Source: Paraphysomonas bandaiensis (lineage: Eukaryota; Protista; Chrysophyceae). Taken from it: DNA of 64,000 bases. The stretch covers positions 62,001 through 126,000 of the forward strand of contig CBFFRP010000146.1 of the NCBI GenBank assembly GCA_965644295.1, given 5' to 3'. The position numbers were made by a program, and so were the translations under genes. The notes beneath the pieces were generated by a model. That model was not told the origin of the DNA. It did not search any database and was given only the letters and a program-made list of their open reading frames with translations. Below, piece by piece: positions 11,629 to 23,463 of this stretch. Position 1 is the first letter of the stretch. Every line of letters begins with the position of its first letter.

Positions 11629-14600
11629 ATGGAAGATTTGATTCCTGTGATTAATAAATTACAGGATGTATTCAGCGCGATTGGTGTGTGATGATATGTA
11701 TATATATGTTAATAGCAGGCTAACTACGAGATACTGTATATACAGGACAACAGTCATTAGATCTACCTCAGATTGTTGTTGTCGGGTACTGTGATTTGAT
11801 GATAGATACTGTTATGACTGTGTTAATGGTTGGATTAGATCACAGTCATCAGGAAAATCGAGTGTACTTGAGAGCTTAGTGGGGAGGTATATATGCATAT
11901 CCTTCCTGCTTACTTATAATCAATAACATGTTATTGGTTATAGAGATTTTTTACCGAGGGGATCGGGTGTTGTAACACGGCGTCCGCTTGTCTTACAGTT
12001 ATACTGTACGAAGAATGGTACTGATGATGTTGAGCAGACCGAAGAAGAGGAATGGGGGGAGTTTTTGCATCTTCCGTCCAAGCGATTTTATGACTTCTCT
12101 GTAATGAGTGATCGTAGTAGTGCTTTGTGAAACTTTAACGTGAGCCTTCAGGAAATAAGGGAAGAGATTCAGCGGGAAACGGAACGCACTACTGGCCGCA
12201 ATAAAGGAATCTCCAATCAAACTATCAATTTGAAAATATATTCACCGTTTGTTCTCAACCTGACGGTTGTGGATTTACCGGGTGTAACTAGAGTTCCATC
12301 TGGTTAGTACATCTAGCTGTAACTAGTTATACTGTTTACTGGTTTGTGAATCCCCAGGCGATCAACCAGAAGACATAGAGGAGCAGATTAGGAACATGTG
12401 TCTGGACTTTATATCGAATCCGAATGCGGTTATTTTGGCAGTCAGTGCTGCTAATCAGGTGTAATACCACTTCGTATTTTTTCTTGCGTTGTGACTCGTT
12501 TGTTTATGACTTGTAGGATATATCCAACAGCGATGGTTTGCAATTAGCATTAACTGCGGATCCTGAGGGCCTTCGAACTATTGGCGTTGTCACTAAGGTG
12601 GACATCATGGACCAGGGCACAGATGCCATAGATATACTCAGCAATAGGGTACACCCGTTAAAGAGGTGTGCTAACATTATTTACTGTGCTACCTCTTTTT
12701 ATTAGCAAGCAGGGGGTATGTTGCCGTTGTGAATCGCTCTCAGAAGGACATACAGGACAACATGACTGTGCGCGATGGCTTGGCTAAGGAAAATGTAAGG
12801 AGAAAAGATTTCTATATATGCCTGATAAACGTCTATTTCTTGTAGGCGTACTTTCGTTCCCATCCCAAATACAGGTCTTATTTATCGAAATGCGGGGCGA
12901 CCACTCTCACTGCCAAGCTGAATCAGATTCTCATGCACCATATCAGGTAGGACTAGGCATGTTTTACGGTACCCGCAGTAAGTGCATTAATACAGAGAAT
13001 GTCTACCGGGTATTAAGAGCAAGATATCTATAATGCTTACCGAAGTCCAGAGTAACTTGGACTCTCTTGGCGAATCTGGAGACGATTTGACAGTTGCGAA
13101 ACAAGGAGAGAAACTCTTGAAGGTGCTATCCAATTTTGCTACAAGTCTGAACGACTTTGTAGATGGTAAAGGTAAATAAATTGGATAGGTAATATGCAGT
13201 GCATATTGAGCTAACGGGTGCTTGTAGGATCTGATGTTGGGGTTGAAATGGAGGAATTATGTGGAGGGGCACGAATCATGTATTTGTTTAACGAGGTATA
13301 CAGCTTTCGTATATTCATCTGTCCCTGTATGTCTCACCTCTGGGTGTTGTTTTTGTAAAGGTGTTTGCTCGTCGTCTCATGGCTGTGAATCCCTTCGATA
13401 CTCTGCGTGACCAGGATATTCAGACAGCTATGGCAAACTCCAATGGGGTGCGGCATCCTCTCTTTATTCCAGGTAAGGGTCTTATATATAGATGAATAAC
13501 TAAAATAAAGTGGGTTCACAGAGTCATCTTTCGATTTGCTTGTGAAAAAACAAATATCAAGATTAGATCAACCAGGTAAACGTAAAAGTGCGGCCTACAT
13601 TTTTTGTACTGACGTATATATCGATATCAGGCCTACAATGTGTCGACTTGGTGTACGACGAAATGATCCGGATGGTGAGTCACATTTAAATCAGTTGTTA
13701 CCTACAGTTCTGTGGAATAATATCACGTTTATACAGTGCCTACAAGTTGATGCTACTGAATTGAATCGCTTTCCTGTTCTCCGTGATAGGTACTAGTAGA
13801 ATTGTCGTATACATGAGGCCAATATGATATTTTACGTATAGAGTATTTGAAGCGGTTCATCAACTTCTGCGTGAGTGTGTCAAGCCAACGCAACAAATGA
13901 TTGTCAATCTGGTTAAGGTAAAAGTCATGAAGGTTATTCTTGGTACCGCTGAAGGCTATTTAGGTGGAGCTAGCACATATCAATACGTCTCATCCGGATT
14001 TTATTGGAGGAAAGCGGGTATGATCGCCTTACTAATATGTATGAGAGTGATGATATTTCCTTGCAGGCGATATTGGCACAGCAACAACAACAACAGCAAC
14101 AGCAGATGCAGCAACAGGTTCACAAACCACAAGCGGTAGGGAGTGATGGTACAACTATGCCTTCTAGTGCAGAGTCATCCGCAGAGTCGAAAGCTACGGG
14201 TACTGTTTCTCCGCCACCTATTACAAGTCAGCAAGGGGCACCGTCCACAGCAGCATCGAATCGGGTATTGTAATGTCCACACCTTTTATATTTTAAATGT
14301 TGTATTTTCACGTAGAGCACGGCTTCAATGAGCGGCACAGGGTCACAAGCCTCATCACAGGACCAGGGAACTGTTGCCGGCGTAGGCGGGTTTTTTAATC
14401 TCTTTAAGGCGGGGCCGTCGGCTTCGTCTTCTCAAGCGGCCCAGGCCCAGAGCCCCATGCAGAGAAACAGGCCAGATGCATCGCAGATGGGAAACACCGG
14501 AATGAATGAAAATCTTATTCGGCTAAAACAGGTAGTATTTTATGATTCTCTTCGGATAGGAAATTATTGAGTTGCAGATACCTGACAAGGTTAAGTCCGT

Positions 14601-15179
14601 AGAGAGACCATCGGGCATTGAACGGTAAATAAGTTGGAAAGTTGTAAAGTCTGTGTGCGTAATCAATGTTTCACAGCGTTGAAGTAAATGTTATCAAGAC
14701 CCTCATAGCATCCTACTTTGATATAGTAAAGGTTCTATTCCAGCATAGATGTAGATTCAACAATAAACTTTTGCCCAGAAAACATTCACAGATATGGTTC
14801 CAAAGGTCATTATGCACTTCCTCGTTAACAATTTCAGAGTAAAGTTTGATATCTTTCTCGTATCACTTGATGACGTTATGCGTAATCGCAGGAAAGTCTT
14901 CAAAATGAGTTGATCTCAAGGTTGTACAGGTAACATAATTGTTGCGTGACGTAAAGGTATTGAGCATTATGGTTAAACCACAGAGAATCGCTTTTTGGGG
15001 ACCTTCTCAAAGAGACAGATGATGTCGAGGCGAAACGAATGGCATGCAAGGAAATGCGTGACTTGTTGATGAGCGCTATGGAAATTGTGAATGAGGTGTA
15101 TTATTGTTTTATGCTTGATTATGTGTGCATTACTGTTGTGTTTGTGCAGGTTCGGGACTACAATGCATTTGACAAGTAA
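11629..15179 (+). CDS. Dynamin-related GTPase (Drp1/Vps1/DRP3-like), about 20 short introns
   Basis: [15 protein letters not shown] start, [19 protein letters not shown] (P-loop), [51 protein letters not shown] and GED segments ([26 protein letters not shown]). Stop TAA at 15177-15179. Confidence 0.93.
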
Positions 15180-15489
15180 AACATATTTGCGGTACATCAT
15201 ATTCCTAATAGTAGTATATGCGTCGATGAACTTATTGCTTTTTTGTGAGCAATACTCTAACATAATTTGCATAGAATAGAGTTATCATGCATTGCTCTCG
15301 ACTCTGGATATTGGTTCTTACGCACTGAGGCGCAGTAATAGAGATGTAGTAGTAATGATAGACAAAGGACTATATCTGTACATTTTACGCACCACTCTTT
15401 ATATATGTGGTTCCCTTCCCGCATAATAAAGCAATCAAATGCAAACTCCTGACTTTGGACATCAGTAAAAGTCATATTTTGAAACTACT

Positions 15490-15762
15490 GACATTGTACT
15501 GATAGTTATAAACAATATGTCCTATCATTCACCAATTTTATGTTTTCTTTACTACTACTCATTTTTCGTATAATCTTATGTTACTAACTTGCATGGTCAC
15601 CACTATATATTCCGTTTCACTACTATATACTATGTACTCATCTTCATGATCATATTTGCTCTCATAATACAGTTAACCGCAAGTGTATACTACTCGTAAG
15701 GTTATTAGTAAAATACCTTACAGCTACAGCTTTCAATTGCTCTCATATAGCAGAACTCAACA
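15490..15762 (-). mobile_element. Degenerate solo LTR (family B)
   Basis: Shares ...tacagctttcaattgctctcatatagcagaactcaaca and internal blocks with 41162-41480 and 18612-18885. Left boundary uncertain. Confidence 0.65.
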
Positions 15763-17045
15763 TTGAACTTCAAATATAGATATACCACAAGTTTTGATAC
15801 TCTCACACATATTACATTGGACACCTCTAAGGGGATATAGAATGTACGATTGTACATAATAAATACTATCTTCACATGTTTCAACACCAGTAGAGTGGCA
15901 TGTAACAAAAGTAATGCTGAGTCACTGCACTCGGAAATAAATATTACTTCTACTCCAACATCATAGGTGGAAAAACATGGTGCTTTATTTATTATCGGTA
16001 GTTAAACTATATTTATCGATTCGATGAAATGTATGATGAGAACAAACGTGAAATCTTGATGTCCTGAGAACTTTCAAGTGGAATTCCCATTCAAATCTAT
16101 CACCGTTTTAGCGGGAGGGTTATAGAAGACGATTTATGCAGTGATGATTCCAACACAAAAAAGAAGACAAAAACAGATAATGCAAAAAAAGTGAACATTT
16201 CCACAATGCCAAAAGCAGTAGTGAGCATATTGCTCAACTCTCATATATGGCTGTCTCTTCAAACCCACATGTGTGTGAAAAACTTGTGTGTATAAGTATA
16301 AGTATACATGTAGATATGAGGCCTGCTTCCAATGAAATTGTTGTGGAGGAGTAGGATGAGCACAACTAGGTGGTGTGGAATACTTTTTTTCTGCTTGGTG
16401 AAAATAGGGGGGAAGCTTAAGAATTGAATGGGGCTTCATGCATCCTATCCTCTGGTCACATGTAAGTTTCTATTTAACCAGCAAGAGGAAGACACTGAAG
16501 GAAGGCCACACTTACCTCACCCTTAACACAGTGCATTGCACTCATTGTGTCATTGTTGTTACGTTATCTTCGAGACAAGAGGGTAGAGTTACATAAACTC
16601 ATACTATTACGATGCTAATTGTGACTATCTCATACAAATCACATCCTCCACAATCACATCCTCTACAATCACATCCTTAACTGACTTGACTTGATGTGAG
16701 TCGTATCTATATAAAGAGACCACGACGAGCTCAACTCCAGAACTCGCATCTTCGTTCTTCTCAAAATATACAGTGTATATAGCTCAATACTTGGATTTCT
16801 ATGTCACAAAAGTGGAGTATTTAACATATAATATCTTCAAAACCCCTGTTTTTACATATTTTTGTTGTACAGCAATGTTGCTGTATAGTGACGTGCAGGC
16901 TGTGCGTGCGGAAGCAGATCCAAAGCCAAAGATGTCAGTAGCATATACATGCATATATATAACCATACCATACCTCTCATAGGACAATATAAACCCCTTC
17001 CCAAACACTCTACTCAATTAATTATATCCTCTAAATATATTTAAA

Positions 17046-17847
17046 ATGTTTTATTTTATATTTGGATTTCTTGTTGGAATTATATGCTGTCTCTATTATA
17101 TAGCGAGAGCTAAGGAGGAGAAGACGAACTCATCAACTGTTGTTCGTGGTCACTCTATATTCTTGAATTTTATTATATTGGAGAAAGATGAAATGCTTCA
17201 AGCTGGAGTGGAGGAGAAAATGCAGGGTAAAATGGGTCGTGGTTTTGTACGAGATAAAATAGCACAGCGAATGGGTATGTGTTCTGTATGATGATATTAT
17301 CACTTCATTGAACCCCATATTAGGAAAGATTGCTGCTGCAAAAGTATCAGATGAGACAATTGGAGGAAAGATTGGGGAGAAAATGTGTGAAGAAATACCA
17401 GGCAAGATGTCAGAGATGGGGATTGTAGCCAATGCATCCAAGGTTTACGGAAAGGGATCATTTTTCGTTATAAGACTGTGAGTGTGGATATAACTGCATT
17501 ATTTATTTTGAATTTTGTGTAGTTCTTTGGTTTCTGCTGACATTCAACAACTGGTAAACAAGGCAGCAGGAAAAGAGAAAGGCGGTAAACTGAATGAGAT
17601 GATGAGTATATTGGGAGGAAAGTGGGCACAGGTTTCACTGACAAGTTTTCAGTAAATTTCATGCTTAATATACTTTTAGGATTCTCTTAGAACTCAAATT
17701 CTTCCCCTTCTGTGTTCCAAGATACAAAAGAAATTACCAGATACAATGCGCGAAAAATTCGCTTCGAAAGGACTAACGATGGACATAACTGTTAAAACTG
17801 AAAGTGAAGAAGCAGAGTACTTTTTCGATGTGCTCGAAGATCAGTGA
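17046..17847 (+). CDS. Hypothetical protein with N-terminal hydrophobic anchor (multi-exon)
   Basis: MFYFIFGFLVGIICCLYYIAR... continues across GT-AG introns (GKIAAAKVSDETIGGKIGEKMCEEIP...; ...KGLTMDITVKTESEEAEYFFDVLEDQ*). Confidence 0.65.
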
Positions 17848-18145
17848 AGAGTCTGAAAGCCTTTTATATTCAGTGCGATGAAGTATACTCTTCTGAAACT
17901 AAATCTTATGATACGTATTACGGTTGTGAAGCTGAATTTGCTTGAGCTCTATGTAATTACCTACTAAGCAGGGATAGGGAACAGTATATTGCAATACTAT
18001 TGTTAGATAGCGTTCCATCAATAGTATTGATGGATTTTTTAAACCGGTCCTACAATACAATTACAATATATTGCAATACATACATACAATACATACACAT
18101 ACATACATACACGTGCATGCGTTTGCATACATACATACCATACAC

Positions 18146-18611
18146 ATGCATGCGTTTGCTGCAAATTAACGACAAATCTTGAGCATATATAAATTTCACC
18201 TAATCTTATAGTTCATTACAGTACCATCTAATTCTCATTATTGCTTGCGCATGTAACAGAAAAGCAATAACTGTACCCCAATGAATGAACTGATTATTAC
18301 TCAACAGCCCAATAGTACTCCAGCTACACACTCTACTACTCTAGTCTCTAGTACCACTACTTATTACCTGACACTAGCCGGGAGTCTCTGGAGCTGAAAG
18401 CCATTTCTGATGCATTTCTCTTTTTACCACGACTGAGAGCATTGCTCAGTAAGTCGAGCATATCCACTACCTTACCTGCATGGTCTTCTTTTTCCATTTC
18501 AAACACGGTTTCATGCTGTAAATCAGCACATAAATCAACAAAGTACTCGGACTGAACTTTCACTGCGAATTTCAAATGCTTTACTTCCCTCCAATACTAA
18601 TAGGCATACTG
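18146..18611 (-). repeat. About 465-bp segment duplicated at about 30520-30993 (3' end of a pseudogenised ORF plus downstream sequence)
   Basis: Near-identical to the second copy from catgcatgcgtttgctgcaaattaacgac... to ...ccaatactaataggcatactg. Homology stops exactly where an LTR starts (18612). Confidence 0.88.
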
Positions 18612-18896
18612 TGTCAAGATATGACACAATTGGATGATTTACTAAGCAAGTTAACTGGACGTTTATTTACTCATGAATCAAGTTAAGATGAGAGAAGATT
18701 ATAATAAATATAATAAGCAATATATCACGTTATCTCTACTACCACTCATTTCTAGTACGATCTTACATCGTCATGATATCATTTCTCATAATACAGTTCA
18801 TCACTACTGTATTCTTCGACTAACGGTCATAATTCCAACGCCTTAGAATTACAGCTTTTAATTGCTCCAACAGCAGAACTCAACACTCCCTCTCAA
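18612..18896 (-). mobile_element. 3' LTR plus polypurine tract of a truncated LTR retrotransposon (family B) nested in the hAT element
   Basis: TGTCAAG...AGCAGAACTCAACA (18612-18885), homologous to the solo LTR at 41162-41480. Adjacent ctccctctcaa reads as PPT TTGAGAGGGAG on the minus strand. Confidence 0.75.
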
Positions 18897-19858
18897 TTCA
18901 AAGCTGTACATTGAATTGTCAAACCACGAGACATAATGACGGATACGCTGTAGATTGAATCCTTACATCACGAGACAAAACTGACGGATACACAACCACC
19001 AAAAAACCTCGTAGGACAAACCCGTGGACGTATGACTCCGACGTTTCAGCTAGCCTCACCATAGACAACACATCTATATGATCTTCTGTCTCTTATAACC
19101 TCCACGTCTGATTTCTGATCCTCGTCGGATCAATCACACCACAACATTCAACACGCTAAGTTACGTGCGCTTTGGCTGTCAGGAAGAATGGAGTGGATTC
19201 GTACAATCGAAGTCCCAGTTCGACCAACACCCCCCGAAGCCACACCAGTTCCTGCATGCCAGCAGACATAGCCTGATACACTTAAGTGAATCAACGTAAT
19301 TAACGAACTTCGCATATATTATGCCTTGGTCTCTCTACAATTAGACATATTATGTTAGTTATTAGATACAGTCACTGTCATCACACAGATTGACAATCTC
19401 CTCATCATAAAGGTTTACCTCACCCAGGGTGGACACACTAGTCAACACCCGTACGCTTACCACACAAGTCTCTCTAGACTCAGCAGGTACAGTCTCACAG
19501 ACACGATTCACACTAATTTCACTAGATATAATACGAACAGTACCAACACAACTCTTACTGGTCTCCCCAGACGCCGTCGATGCAGTACATACACATGTGC
19601 CTCATACACTCTTCTCCACTGATGAACGGCATCTTCCCCACATAGGAAGTTGATCTCACCCAGAGTGGACACATCAGTAAACAACTCTTCGGATGCTTGA
19701 CTTCAGCAGAAGTCGAGGTAATACCAAAACCTGGTAAAGCGATTTCACCAGGTCTCATATCTAAATATTGAGTTATTATTTTACTGTAATTTGTATCTGA
19801 GAGGTTAAAGATAAAGAAAAAGGCGCAATTATAGTTGTTATTAGCAATATTTATTGCG

Positions 19859-20344
19859 TTACAAGTTGGCCCTGCCACGACTTGTGTTTTGTAATATCAT
19901 ATTCTCATATAGCTGCATTTGCCTCTCTTGAGATTGCAAACGCTCCAACCGAATAGCCTGGTTTTGGATACAATGCATACGCATAAAGCTATCTTCACCA
20001 CTACTACTTACACTAGTAGTATTAGCACCTATGCTCGGAAACGACGCGGCAACAGCCGTTGGGGGCACAGTACTAGTAGGTGGAGGATCATAAGCAGGTG
20101 GAGGATCATCATTTTTTCTCATTAAAAGACCACGAAGTTCTGCTAGTCCGGACATCATTTCCTGACGAAGTTCAGCAACAGCGGGAGGTATCAGATCTAC
20201 TTTCTGCTGAGATTCGACGACCCCGTCACCATCTTCATGTACAGTACTACTGTCCCTGCTCGTGCGCTTTCGCGGTACCTCTTCCTCCGAGTCGTCGTTG
20301 GATATGTCGCCACGAATTTCGACGACATTCTTCTTCCCATTGCA
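19859..20344 (-). pseudogene. Captured terminal exon of an unknown gene
   Basis: Open frame CNGKKNVVEIRGDISNDDSEEEVPRKRTSR...MMSGLAELRGLL...RGRANL* starts right after an acceptor-like TGTGTGTAG. It is out of frame with the upstream header copy. Confidence 0.5.
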
Positions 20345-20354
20345 CTACACACAG

Positions 20355-21183
20355 CATCCAACTCAGTCTCATACTTAGCCACTCTAGCCTCCAAGTCAGC
20401 AATTCTTTTGTCCAATTCAACCATTTCCTACGGCTATTGCTGTGATTGATACACAATTTATATACATAATCTAGAGACAAGACGCCTATATATATAATCC
20501 TGCGTGCGTTTATTTATTTTATTACACTAATTTATTCGTATCGGCATCCTGTGTATATTTTTGTTGAAAGATGCCTCTAATATTGAGGCAATAATTATCT
20601 GTATTCCAGCCGTAGTTGTACTGCAGTAATATAGAGGACATTTGCTTCAATTTATTCCCGAAAATGAAGATGCTGAATGCCGATACGTTAAAAACACATT
20701 CAACTCTAAATTAAACCGGTTCCAAAAACTCCTGAAATCAGATAATATTAGACTGTTTTTTCCTAAAATCCTACTATTTTAGAATTCGAAAAGTTTTATG
20801 TGATCGGTGTACTGTTGTAAACACTCGTATCAGCAGTCAGCATCTTATTTTTCGGAAATAAATTGAAATAAATATTTTCTATATTACTGATATATAACTA
20901 CGGCTGGAATTCAGATAATTGCTGTCTCAATATTTGAGGCATCCTTGAACAAAGGATGCCGATACGCTCTCCCGGATTTCTGGGGTTTCTTCAGGTTGGC
21001 TCCTCTATAGAAAACAACGATTGAATAAACGCACGCAGGATTATATATATAGGCGTCTTGTCTCTAGATTATGTATATAAATTGTGTATCAATCACAGCA
21101 ATAGCCGTAGGAAATGGTTGAATTGGACAAAAGAATTGCTGACTTGGAGGCTAGAGTGGCTAAGTATGAGACTGAGTTGGATG
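20355..21183. repeat. Nested palindrome: identical 160-bp outer arms plus imperfect 140-150-bp inner arms
   Basis: 20355-20514 is the reverse complement of 21024-21183. Inner arms 20538-20688 and 20827-20966 are imperfect inverted copies, each bounded by cgtatc(g/a)gca...atgccgatacg. Confidence 0.9.
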
Positions 21184-22223
21184 ATGCCACTTCCCCCCAA
21201 GAGAAGAGCGAAATCCGGTAGTTAATCATCACGGGAAGAGAGACTCTCAACAGACTGCTGGATGAGAAGAAGGCCCAGATCTCTGCTACTGATGGTTAGT
21301 TCTTGTTTTAATTTCGATTGATATTTGTTAGTTTTGTTTTTCCTGTAGGGTCGTCAACACTGTCAGTGACTGAATTAGTGGCTCGGGCTTGCAAATTGAA
21401 TATTGCAGAGGTGAATCCTAATGCGGTTTCTCGTATGGTTAGGAAGTTTGGATGGAGCGTGGACATAGCTATCAGAACTAATGATACAGAACTCCTTGCA
21501 GGTGCCTACGAAGACGCTTTGAAGTTGCCTTCTGTTCAAACCACTGTAGAGCTGGAAAGGAATGGATTTGTTCTTGATGGAGTGTTGATCAATGGCAACG
21601 ATAATTTGCAGATTTGTTTCAAGGGCTCTGTCCCTTATGTTTTGAAGATATGCTCACCTCAGGAGTACGAGCGCGCCAAGAACTTTGAGAATGTTTTGAA
21701 AGGCCAGCCGCCCTGTCAGTGGATCATTTCATTTGAGCTTTATGAACGACATCCCAAATTCTTCATGTTTATGCCTCTGCATCCTGTCACCCTCGAGCAC
21801 CTTCCTTCTTTAGATTTGATCACAACACCCATGATTTGGACTTGTCTTTCTGGTGCACTGGACTTCCTGCATCAGAATGGCTATGCTCACAATGATGTGA
21901 AGCCTCCCAATATCCTCATCAACACATGCGGTGAGTTTATTCTGACGGATTTGGGTAGTTTGGTGCTGTTCAACTCACGCAGTGCTTCTACTCGGGCCTA
22001 TATTCCGAGGGAGTTGTGGGATCGTCGGAATGACAGAGGTCCTGTTGCTTCTATTAATGCAGACTTTTGGATGCTGGCGATGACCATCTTCGAAAAGGTG
22101 TGTGGAGGTATCATCAATGGAGCTGAATCTCCTAAGCAGTCAACAATAATTGAAGCAATTAAAGCCAATTCAAAATGTGATGATTTTTGTCACGTGTTGC
22201 TTGATCGTCTTGGGATAGTGTAA
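21114..22223 (+). pseudogene. Helical header + atypical Ser/Thr protein kinase with an in-frame TAG in exon 1
   Basis: Exon 1 MVELDKRIADLEARVAKYETELDDATSPQEKSEIR*LIITGRETLNRLLDEKKAQISATD (TAG 21219-21221), intron 21295-21348, then an uninterrupted kinase exon: PYVLKI, HNDVKPPNILI, LTDLG, STRAYIP, ADFWMLA. Confidence 0.78.
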
Positions 22224-22706
22224 GTGTAAATAAGTTATGTATATATGCGGTATTCTTGATTGTGAGTGCGAAAACATCTCTTTGTCCGTCTTGTTCCTGT
22301 TTTAATTCACTCTAATTTCCATCAAAATAGTGTAGAAGTGGTAGTTTTTCGAGTGAAAGAAATACTATTATGATAAAATAATCGGTTTTATCCAACTACT
22401 ACTATTTTTACTACAATTTTATTAATATATTTATTTGGAATCTAAAAGGATATAATTTATTCTAAAAAATTGGACAAGGGATGAACTAGCACGTTAGCTG
22501 ATCTATTAGGTTGAGCTATCGGCTATGAAGCGAGTACAACTTCTCCCCCGCCTTTTTTTGCAATACTTGAGTTGAGACTTGCAAGGATGGTTCAGTTCTA
22601 TGGAAATGGAAAGCATATGGTATCGAATCAGCAGGAGTGAATATTTGCTGCATATGTAGTCATTGCCAGATATTGACTATGGAATCTCTTCAAAACATGT
22701 CGCTTG

Positions 22707-23041
22707 TGCCCCATACTGACAGCGTAACTAATTACTGCGTGCGACCCTCTAGTGGTTGCTGCTGAGTGCTGCGATTGCTCGCCTCTACCTATGTACTCAT
22801 TGCATATTCAGCGCTGAATACCCTGAATACCATGTGATAATGATGTAGCTAGTTGGGTTCTGCCCCATACTGACAGCGTAACTAATCACTGCGTGCGCCA
22901 CCCCCAGTGGGTGCTACTGAGTGTTGCGACCGCGCACTTCTATCTATGTACACATTGCTCAGTTCAGCAGTTCCCCACTCGGGGTCTCACTTCATATACA
23001 GCGCTGAATACCGTGTGATAATGATGTAGCTAGTTGGGTTC
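22707..23041. repeat. Diverged tandem duplication (154-bp and about 181-bp units)
   Basis: Both units start tgccccatactgacagcgtaactaat and end gtgataatgatgtagctagttgggttc (22707-22860 and 22861-23041). Confidence 0.85.
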
Positions 23042-23179
23042 AGTAGGTAGCTAGCAAATAACGTATGGGACTTAAATCAAGTATTAGTTAGGTACCCACC
23101 CCGCCCCCACCCGGCTCTACCTAAGTACGCGCTCAGAATGGGGAAAACATCACCATATTCATCCACAGAATTAATCGAA

Positions 23180-23463
23180 ATATGCTAGTATCCGGCCATA
23201 ACTGTCGAATAGCTTTCAGAAACAACAGTATATTAAGTAGGATGGATACTTTTGCGCAACACTGATATAATATATTTAGCTGTGCTGAACAGACGTTCCC
23301 ATGTATTGGCAGTACATACCAGGGCCAGGCAACCGTTAATGACTCGTGGATCTGTACGTTTCTTAATTTTTTGAGCTGACTGAAAATTTTTAGTCGCATA
23401 GTCAACATCAGCTTCATTATCCTTTGTAATGTTGTAATTAATTTCTCGGTTATTTATATCCAT
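23180..23463 (-). pseudogene. hAT transposase C-terminal dimerisation-domain remnant (frameshifted)
   Basis: TANTWERLFSTAKYIISVLRKSIHP continues in another frame as LNILLFLKAIRQLW, matching the ERLFS...R...L.FLK pattern of hAT C-terminal domains. It lies just inside the right TIR. Confidence 0.72.

Noticed and set aside
14075-14120. CAA/CAG repeat
   Set aside because: Ordinary poly-Gln in the dynamin variable region.
1250-15179. Functional cluster of membrane-remodelling genes (SCAR, myotubularin, dynamin)
   Set aside because: Unrelated genes are interspersed and there is no evidence of co-regulation, so chance is sufficient.
16637-16680. Three copies of aatcacatcct
   Set aside because: Short minisatellite with no further structure.
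21219-21221. TAG reassignment (alternative genetic code)
   Set aside because: TAG ends other genes (for example 47808-47810 and the Copia ORF), and long host ORFs have no internal TAG.
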